NCBI GenBank assembly: GCA_023228765.1
Contig: JALOAM010000002.1
Span: forward strand, 1-52,776
Direction of reading: 5' to 3'
Origin: Dehalococcoidia bacterium
Lineage (GTDB): Bacteria; Chloroflexota; Dehalococcoidia; UBA2979
DNA length: 52,776 nucleotides
The position numbers and the translations under genes were made by a program. The notes under the pieces were generated by a model that did no database searches, was not told the DNA's origin, and worked only from the letters and a program-made list of their open reading frames with translations. How positions within the stretch are numbered: position 1 is the first letter of the stretch; every line of letters starts with the position of its first letter. This document shows positions 1 to 6,606 of the stretch, in pieces.

Positions 1-1
1 C

Positions 2-316
2 ATGCCGGACGAGGAGCCGTTCGCCCTCATCAACCCCGAGGTGATCGAGCGCTCCGGTGAGCGCCGCCTGGACGAGGGCTGCCTGTCCGTCCCCGGCTAC
101 CGCGGGACGGTCACGCGTTCCGTGAAGGTGACCGTGAAGGCGCTGGACGCGCGCGGCAAAGAGATCCGCGTGAAGGCGGAGGACAGCCTGCTGGCGCAGT
201 GCCTGGAGCACGAGACGGACCACGTGAACGGCACCCTATACGTGGACCACCTGGACGCGAAGAAGGACCTGGTGAAGATCGAGCCCGTCTCCGTCGCTGC
301 GGAGGACGGCCAGTAA
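2..316 (+). CDS. def: Peptide deformylase, C-terminal part (5' end outside window)
   Basis: Translation carries the Def metal-site motifs EGCLSVPG and LEHETDHVNG. The ORF is open to the window edge. Stop TAA at 314-316. Confidence 0.9.
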   Translation: MPDEEPFALINPEVIERSGERRLDEGCLSVPGYRGTVTRSVKVTVKALDARGKEIRVKAEDSLLAQCLEHETDHVNGTLYVDHLDAKKDLVKIEPVSVAAEDGQ

Positions 317-714
317 TGGATGTCGCGCTCGCCCTCCTCGCGGTCCTCGGGGCCTTCTACTTCATCCTCCTGCGGCCGGTGATCAACCAGCAGAAGAAGC
401 AGCGCCAGGACATCTCCTCCCTGGAGGTCGGCGACGAGGTCCTGACCACCGCCGGGTTCTACGCCACCATCGTCGAGATCAACACGTACGAGGATCGCCC
501 GATGGAGATCCTGCTGGAGGTCGCCCCGGGCGTGGTGCTGCGTGGCACCACGCTGGCCGTGCAGGAGATCTCCCGCCGCGCCGATCCCGACGACGACGAC
601 TTCGAGGATGACGAGTTCGATGAGGATGACGGCGACGAGGTCGACGAGCCCGAGCCCGGCGACCCGAACGACCGTGCTGACGATGATCGTTCCAGTAGCG
701 CACGCGCCGGCTAG
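316..714 (+). CDS. yajC: Preprotein translocase subunit YajC with a long acidic C-terminal tail
   Basis: ATG at 316 overlaps the def stop (TAATG). One N-terminal TM helix, then the YajC-like core RPVINQQKKQRQDISSLEVGDEVLTTAGFYATIVEI. It lies directly upstream of secDF. Confidence 0.85.
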   Translation: MDVALALLAVLGAFYFILLRPVINQQKKQRQDISSLEVGDEVLTTAGFYATIVEINTYEDRPMEILLEVAPGVVLRGTTLAVQEISRRADPDDDDFEDDEFDEDDGDEVDEPEPGDPNDRADDDRSSSARAG

Positions 715-757
715 AGACCGGCATGCAGACAGTCGGAAACGGACGGAGACCCTTTCC

Positions 758-1153
758 ATGAGCATCGCCGCCCCCACCCACCCCGCTTCGGGTCAGCCTG
801 CCATCGAGGACGCGCTCCTCGATGAGGTGGCGGATCTCCTCGATCCTCGCGATGCCCTCGAGGTCGCCGAGCGCCGGATCGCCCCCGGCATCTCCGTGAT
901 CGAGGCGCGTCGCACGCTCTCCGACGAAGAGCCGGACGACGATGATGATGACGACTTCGAGAACGACGAGGACGAGGAAGACGACTGGGACGACGAAGAC
1001 GAAGACGACGACGATTGGGATGACGACGAAGAAGACGACGACGATGACGATGACGAGGACGACGACTGGGACGAAGACGACGATGAGGACGAAGACGACT
1101 GGGACGACGACGACGAGGACGAAGACGACTGGGATGATGACGACGAGGACTAG
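758..1153 (+). CDS. Hypothetical polyacidic protein (59-aa ordinary N-terminus plus a 72-aa Asp/Glu tail with 5 Trp)
   Basis: ATG at 758 with GGAG 9 nt upstream. Same strand as yajC and secD, 44 nt after the yajC stop. The N-terminal part has normal composition and G/C-rich third codon positions. The two other ORFs over this stretch (Thr/Arg/Lys-rich frame, Arg-rich antisense) look like by-products of the GAC/GAA repeat. Confidence 0.6.
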   Translation: MSIAAPTHPASGQPAIEDALLDEVADLLDPRDALEVAERRIAPGISVIEARRTLSDEEPDDDDDDDFENDEDEEDDWDDEDEDDDDWDDDEEDDDDDDDEDDDWDEDDDEDEDDWDDDDEDEDDWDDDDED

Positions 1154-1324
1154 CCGTCAGCCTCGCTGAGGTCCTCAAGACGGTCAGGAACGGTCAGGCG
1201 CAGGGGATCGCGCCTGACCGGACGCGGCGCTAGCCTGACCACTCGGCTCGTATGACGGACACCGGTCTCAACCCCTCCACGCGAGGGCGGCGCCGGTCTG
1301 AACACCACATCGAAGGCGCCCTCT

Positions 1325-2743
1325 TTGCTGCGTAAGTTCCTGCCCATCACCGGCATTCTGCTGCTCACGGCGGCGGCGCTGTACATCATCTGGCCCTCGG
1401 AACCGGGCGAGTTCCTGCCCAACGGCGTCCCGTGGCCGGAGGGCCAGGGCATCGCGATCGGCAGCTTCGAGCGCCGCGACATGCGCCTGGGCCTGGACCT
1501 GCAGGGTGGCACTCGCCTGCTGCTCCGCGCCGAGGTCCCCGAGAACTTCGAGGGCGACCTGGACTCCGCGCTGGAGGGCACGACGCGGGTGCTGCGACGC
1601 CGCGTGGACGCTTCGGGCGTGTCGGAGGCGCAGATCACGCGCCAGGGTGAGAGCAACATCTCCGTCCAGCTCCCCGGCCTGACACCGGAGGAAGCGCGCT
1701 CCCTGCTCGGACGGACCGCGCAACTGCGCTTCTGTGAGGCCGTGCCCTTCGGCGGGGCGCCCACCAGCGAGCCGTGTGACACCGCCGGCCAGTGGCAGCT
1801 CGCCACCGGGCAGGTGGACGGCCAGGTCCTCGGCCTGACGGGCCAGTACCTGAAGTCGAACTCCTACGTCGGCTTCGACGCCGTAGGGAACCCGTTTGTC
1901 GGCTTCGAGTTCCAGGACACGGGCGGCAGGCTGTTCGAGCAGATCACGGGTCGTCACGTCGGTGAGCAGATCGCGATCTTCCTGGACCAGGAGCAGCTCT
2001 CGGCGCCGGTCGTGAACCAGGTCATCTCGGACCAGGGTTCGATCTCGGGGCTCTCGCTGGACCGCGCGCGTGAGCTCGTGGTGCAGCTGAACGCGGGTGC
2101 GCTACCCCTGGAACTGACGGTGCTGCAAGAGCAGACCGTGGACGCGACGCTGGGCGACGACTCCGTACGCCAGTCCGTCCTCGCCGGCGAGATCGGCCTG
2201 ATGCTCGTCGCGCTGTTCATGATCCTCTACTACCGGCTGCCCGGCGCGATGGCCGCGATCGCGCTCACGATCTACGCCATCCTCACCATGGCGGTGTTCA
2301 AGCTCGTGCCTGTCACGCTCACGCTCGCGGGCATCGGCGCGTTCGTGCTCTCCGTCGGCATGGCCGTGGACGCGAACATCCTGATCTTCGAGCGACTGAA
2401 AGAGGAGATGCGCGCCGGCCGCTCCTACGCCGCGGCGCTCGATGCCGGCTTCGCCCGCGCATGGCCCTCGATCCGTGACTCCAACGTCACCACGCTCATC
2501 ACCTGCCTGATCCTCTACGTCCTCGGCGGTGGCGTGGAGATGCCGTTCCTCGGCTCGTTCGACGCGCCGCTGGTGCAGGGCTTCGCCCTGACGCTGGCCG
2601 CCGGCGTGTTCGTCTCGATGTTCTCCGCGATCACGGTGACCCGGACGTTGATGCGCCTGCTCATCGGCACGCGGATCGCCCGGAACCGCGAGTGGTTCGT
2701 GGACGCTCCCGCTCCCGAGGGCGCGACGGAGGCCGCTTCGTGA
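1325..2743 (+). CDS. secD: Protein translocase subunit SecD
   Basis: N-terminal TM, large periplasmic domain (LGLDLQGG motif) and a C-terminal 5-TM block (GIGAFVLSVGMAVDANILIFERLKEE). TTG start with GAAGG upstream. Followed by secF. Confidence 0.9.
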   Translation: MLRKFLPITGILLLTAAALYIIWPSEPGEFLPNGVPWPEGQGIAIGSFERRDMRLGLDLQGGTRLLLRAEVPENFEGDLDSALEGTTRVLRRRVDASGVSEAQITRQGESNISVQLPGLTPEEARSLLGRTAQLRFCEAVPFGGAPTSEPCDTAGQWQLATGQVDGQVLGLTGQYLKSNSYVGFDAVGNPFVGFEFQDTGGRLFEQITGRHVGEQIAIFLDQEQLSAPVVNQVISDQGSISGLSLDRARELVVQLNAGALPLELTVLQEQTVDATLGDDSVRQSVLAGEIGLMLVALFMILYYRLPGAMAAIALTIYAILTMAVFKLVPVTLTLAGIGAFVLSVGMAVDANILIFERLKEEMRAGRSYAAALDAGFARAWPSIRDSNVTTLITCLILYVLGGGVEMPFLGSFDAPLVQGFALTLAAGVFVSMFSAITVTRTLMRLLIGTRIARNREWFVDAPAPEGATEAAS

Positions 2744-4029
2744 AGCACGTCGACCTGATCGGGACGCGCCACTACTCGTTCATCTTCTCCGGCGCCACCA
2801 CGGTGCTGGCGCTGCTGCTGCTCGTCGTCCTGGGCCTGAAGCCTGGCATCGAGTTCACCTCCGGCACCACGGCGCTCATCGCCTTCGACAGCACCGTCAG
2901 CCAGGAGGATCTCCGCGCCGTCTACGCCGACCTCGGCCACGAAGAGGCGCAGATCCAGTCGACGGACCCCAACGAGTACCTCATCCGCACGCGCGAGCTG
3001 GAGGTGCCCCCGGGCTCCTTCACCGAGTTCGAGCCGGAGGCGACCCCGGATGCGGGCGGGGGCATGGGCCCGGCGCCGCTCGCCGAGGTCGGGACGGTCG
3101 CCCTCGGGGCGGAGGGCGCGACCGAGGACGTCGACATGTTCGAGGCGTCCGCGGGTGACGTCTGTGCGTTCGGGGAGGTGGCGGACACGCAGCCCGCGGG
3201 GTCGCGCGTCAGTGTGAACGAGGTCATCACCAGCTGCGCTGGCGGCACGATCTACCGCGTAACCACCTCGGACGGGTCGCTCGGCCTCGTCGAGGAGACG
3301 CAGACGCACGACTTCGTCGAGGCGGGCGCGGAGGAGGAGACTCCGACCGAGTCGCCGGTGTCTCAGAACGCGGGTGAGCGCACCGAGATCGAGCAGCGGC
3401 TGTTCGACGAGTTCGGCAACTTCGAGGTACGCGAGTTCGCCTCAGTGTCCGCGGTCGTCTCCGGCGTCGCCGTCCGCAACACGGCCGTGGCCGTCGTCGT
3501 CGCCTCGCTGTTCATCATGGCCTACGTGGCCTTCGCCTTCTCCAGCCTCCCGCGGCCGTTCCGCTACGCCACCTGCGCGATCGTCGCGCTGGTGCACGAC
3601 GTGATCTTCGTGCTCGGCGCGTTCGCGCTCTTCGGGGCGTTGTTCGGCACGGAGATCAACCTGATGTTCGTGACGGGACTGCTGACCGTGATCGGGTTCT
3701 CCGTCCATGACACGATCGTGGTGTTCGACCGCATCCGGGAGAACATCAAGGTCGCGCCCAGCGCGAGCCTGCACGAGAACGTGAACTCTGCGCTGCTCCA
3801 GACCATGGCGCGCTCGGTGAACACGTCCGTCACGATCCTCCTGACGGCAGCCGCGATGCTCGCCCTCGGCGGGGTCACGATCCGAGAGTTCCTGCTGGTG
3901 ATCCTGGTCGGAGTCCTGATCGGGACGTACTCCAGTGTCGGAATTGCCGCACAGCTCCTCGTGGCGTGGGAGGACGGTGACCTCCACCGCTTCTTCCGCC
4001 GCGGGCGCCGCGTGGAGCAGGCCGCCTAG
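2740..4029 (+). CDS. secF: Protein translocase subunit SecF (enlarged periplasmic loop)
   Basis: GTG at 2740 overlaps the secD stop (GTGA). TM1, then GIEFTSGT, then a C-terminal RND-like TM block (GFSVHDTIVVFDRIRENI). Confidence 0.9.
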   Translation: MKHVDLIGTRHYSFIFSGATTVLALLLLVVLGLKPGIEFTSGTTALIAFDSTVSQEDLRAVYADLGHEEAQIQSTDPNEYLIRTRELEVPPGSFTEFEPEATPDAGGGMGPAPLAEVGTVALGAEGATEDVDMFEASAGDVCAFGEVADTQPAGSRVSVNEVITSCAGGTIYRVTTSDGSLGLVEETQTHDFVEAGAEEETPTESPVSQNAGERTEIEQRLFDEFGNFEVREFASVSAVVSGVAVRNTAVAVVVASLFIMAYVAFAFSSLPRPFRYATCAIVALVHDVIFVLGAFALFGALFGTEINLMFVTGLLTVIGFSVHDTIVVFDRIRENIKVAPSASLHENVNSALLQTMARSVNTSVTILLTAAAMLALGGVTIREFLLVILVGVLIGTYSSVGIAAQLLVAWEDGDLHRFFRRGRRVEQAA

Positions 4030-4175
4030 GCGCTCGGGATCCTTCCACTGCCCGAGCCCGGAGCATGGAGCGCATGAGGCGCTGCCACAGGTTTGTCACA
4101 GGCGTTCTGGGCCTGTGAGCCCATTTCATCGGAGACCTCCGTATCCTTCACTAAGAAGGTCAGGAGGCAATCCAC

Positions 4176-4661
4176 ATGGTTTCCAAAGCTCCCGCACGTC
4201 GGAACGCATCGAAGGCGAAGCAATCCGATCCCGTCATCGACACACTGAACGCCCGGCTTGCCGACCTCGTCGACCTGCATGGACAGATCAAGCAGGCGCA
4301 CTGGAACGTCACCGGGATGGACTTCATCGCGATCCACCTGCTGTTCGACGAGCAGGCGACGATGGCGCGTGACATGGCCGACACCGTCGCCGAGCGCGCA
4401 CGAGCCCTGCAGGGAGCGGCCGACGGCACGATCCGCCTCGCGGTGGAACGCTCCACCATCGATGAGTTCCCGCACGGGCTGATCGACTCGAAGAAGGCGA
4501 TCGCGGAGCTCGTCGACCGGTACGAGCAGCTCTCCGAGTCGTTCTCGAACGCCTCCGACGAGGCCGCCGACGCCGAGGACAAGGCGACCGAGGACGTCTA
4601 CGTGGAGTTGATCCGGACGATCGACAAGCAGGCGTACTTCCTTCGCGCGCACCTGAAGTAG
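4176..4661 (+). CDS. dps: Dps family DNA-protection/ferritin-like protein
   Basis: Dps ferroxidase-region motif QIKQAHWNVTGMDFIAIHLLFDEQ. AGGAGG 8 nt upstream of the ATG. Confidence 0.9.
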   Translation: MVSKAPARRNASKAKQSDPVIDTLNARLADLVDLHGQIKQAHWNVTGMDFIAIHLLFDEQATMARDMADTVAERARALQGAADGTIRLAVERSTIDEFPHGLIDSKKAIAELVDRYEQLSESFSNASDEAADAEDKATEDVYVELIRTIDKQAYFLRAHLK

Positions 4662-4718
4662 GCGCCGTCCCCGCGACGCCTTCGCATCTCGGCGCACCCT
4701 CCCGCGTCGGGTCGCGAC

Positions 4719-4755
4719 AACAACGAGGCGGGCCGCCAGGTCCGCCTCGTTTGTT
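4719..4755 (+). terminator. Hairpin terminator candidate after dps
   Basis: Stem ACGAGGCGG(GCC)/(GGT)CCGCCTCGT, about 12 bp around a GCCA loop. It is extended by AACA/TGTT pairs, and the 3' arm runs into TTTGTT. Confidence 0.5.
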
Positions 4756-4790
4756 ACCCGTGATCGACGCTTCCACCCTCTGACTCCGCC

Positions 4791-4835
4791 TCCGACCCCC
4801 TTCGCCCGCGAAGCGGGAGAGGGCTGGGGTGAGGG
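4791..4835 (+). repeat. REP-like hairpin element, copy 1 (TCCGACCCCCT...GGGAGAGGGCTGGGGTGAGGG)
   Basis: Alignable by eye over about 45 nt with 12214-12256. Both copies are intergenic, downstream of a + strand gene, in the same orientation. Confidence 0.6.
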
Positions 4836-4861
4836 TCTGCTCCGCTCCCTGCCCGAGCGCG

Positions 4862-5146
4862 TCAGTCCTCTAGCACGCGATCCGCGGCGAGGCTCTCCTG
4901 GCCGCAGGTCGGGCACCGGTCCGGTGCGCTCTCACGAGGGATCGAGGTGTCTCGACTGCCGGAGACGCCGATCCAGATGTCGTCGCGGAGGCGGTCCGCC
5001 AGCCCTCGCTGGGTGCGGGGTCCCGGAGCCTCCGGGCGCATCTCCTCCTCCATGCGGCGGCGGACCTGCTCCGGGGTGAGGGGCGCGACGATCCGGACGA
5101 GGACTTCGCGACCGCAGCGGGTGCATCGGTAGACCTGGGTCGCCAT
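4862..5146 (-). CDS. Small zinc-ribbon protein (CxxC...CxxC), hypothetical
   Basis: 94 aa with CTRCG near the N-terminus and CPTCG near the C-terminus. Starts 17 nt after the hemW stop, with GGAG upstream. Confidence 0.5.
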   Translation of the reverse strand: MATQVYRCTRCGREVLVRIVAPLTPEQVRRRMEEEMRPEAPGPRTQRGLADRLRDDIWIGVSGSRDTSIPRESAPDRCPTCGQESLAADRVLED

Positions 5147-5163
5147 CGGGCGCTCCGGGATCG

Positions 5164-6408
5164 CTAGACGCCAGTCTCCGGTTCCGGGTCGGGGAGGAGG
5201 TCAACGAAGACCTCGTTCGCGAGCAGCAGGCCGCGCTCCGTGAGCCGCAGGTGTCCGTCCGCGCGCTCGAGGAGTCCGAGGCCTTCGTGCCGCTTGAGGG
5301 CGTCCGCGAACGCGTCGTCCACGGAGACGCCGAAGCGGGTGCGGAACGCCTCCATGTCCACACCCTCGAGCAACCGCAGTCCGAGGATCATCGCGTCCGC
5401 GCGCTGGGTTGCCTCGTCGGGGACCTCGCCGCCCGCGACCTGTCGGAGCTCGGCGCGACCGCTGGCGGAGGCCTGTCGCTCCTCGTAGGAGGCATTGACT
5501 GCCTCGACATAACGGGTGGGCGAGTCCAGGTTGGCCATGCGCCGCCCGATGAAGAACGAGTGCGCTCCGGCGCCCATGCCGAGGTAGGGCTCGGCGTGCC
5601 AGTAGACCAGGTTGTGGCGGCAGGCCTGCCCGGGCTTCGACCAGTTGGAGATCTCGTACTGCCCGTAGCCCGCGGCGGCCAGGCGCTCGCGCGTCCAGTC
5701 GTACTGGTCGGCGGCCAGGTCGGCGTCGGGTTCCTCCAGGAGCCCCTTCTGTACGCGGTAGTAGAGGGCCGTCCCGGGCTCCACGGTGAGGGCGTAGCAG
5801 GAGAGATGCTCGGGCTGGAACGCCAGCACCTGCTCCAGCGTGGACTGCCAGCGCTCCAGCGAGTGCCCGATCAGCCCAAAGATCAGGTCCAGGTTCAGGT
5901 TCTCGAACCCGGCGGCGCGTGCGTCCTCCACGGCCTGCGCGACGCGCTCGGGCGTGTGCTGCCGCTCGAGGAGCTCCAGCTCGTCGGCGTGCATCGACTG
6001 CACGCCCATCGACAGGCGGTTCACGCCGATGCCACGCAGGCCCTCGAGGTGTTCGCGCGTCAGCTCGGTCTGGTTCGCCTCGAGCGTCCACTCGACGTCA
6101 GGCGATAGGTCGTACTGCTCGCGCAGCGCGTCCGCGAGCACCTGCATGTCCGCGATCGAGGTCAGCGAGGGCGTCCCGCCGCCGAAGAAGATGGTGTCGA
6201 CGCGGTACTTCCGCGCGGCCGGCGCCCACAACTCCATCTCCCGCACCAGGGCGGGCGTGTAGTCCGGGACCACGTGGTCCAGGCCCTCGTAGGAGTTGAA
6301 ATCGCAGTACCCGCACTTGCTCGTGCAGAACGGGATGTGCAGGTACAGCGCCAGCGAGGGCTTGCCCTCGGCCGCTGCGTTCGAGGCAGGCGCGGTCTCA
6401 GTCGTCAT
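5164..6408 (-). CDS. hemW: Radical SAM heme chaperone HemW / oxygen-independent coproporphyrinogen III oxidase-like protein
   Basis: LYLHIPFCTSKCGYCDFNSY (CxxxCxxC radical SAM motif in the HemN/HemW context) and a downstream GGGTPS motif. I chose the ATG at 6408 because the upstream 59 codons of the ORF are Pro/Ser/Arg-rich and look non-coding. Confidence 0.85.
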   Translation of the reverse strand: MTTETAPASNAAAEGKPSLALYLHIPFCTSKCGYCDFNSYEGLDHVVPDYTPALVREMELWAPAARKYRVDTIFFGGGTPSLTSIADMQVLADALREQYDLSPDVEWTLEANQTELTREHLEGLRGIGVNRLSMGVQSMHADELELLERQHTPERVAQAVEDARAAGFENLNLDLIFGLIGHSLERWQSTLEQVLAFQPEHLSCYALTVEPGTALYYRVQKGLLEEPDADLAADQYDWTRERLAAAGYGQYEISNWSKPGQACRHNLVYWHAEPYLGMGAGAHSFFIGRRMANLDSPTRYVEAVNASYEERQASASGRAELRQVAGGEVPDEATQRADAMILGLRLLEGVDMEAFRTRFGVSVDDAFADALKRHEGLGLLERADGHLRLTERGLLLANEVFVDLLPDPEPETGV

Positions 6409-6606
6409 TCGAGGGAGGTTACACCGAAGGGGTGGTACAGGGCGTGCCCGAGAAGTAACTGAAGCGTGACTGGGCCGTGACGAGGATGGCGTTTGGTGGG
6501 GGGAGCCCTCGGACGGCCGGGCTTCGGTATCTCGGCTGAGGCCCGACGTGCCGGGCGGACAATGCGTCGACGCCCCGGGCGACACGCTTCGCTCTACTAT
6601 CCGCCC

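Noticed and set aside
935-1150. Tandem 30-33 nt DNA repeats, considered as a possible CRISPR array or satellite.
   Set aside because: There are no unique spacers between the repeats. The units are degenerate codon repeats inside an ORF, and no cas genes are present in the window.
711-1178. Alternative frames over the acidic repeat: an Arg-rich 155-aa antisense ORF and a Thr/Arg/Lys-rich 75-aa ORF (942-1169).
   Set aside because: These are frame-shifted readings of the GAC/GAA/GAG repeat. Neither has an SD or sensible flanking sequence, whereas the Asp/Glu frame is continuous with a normal N-terminal domain and an SD-preceded ATG.
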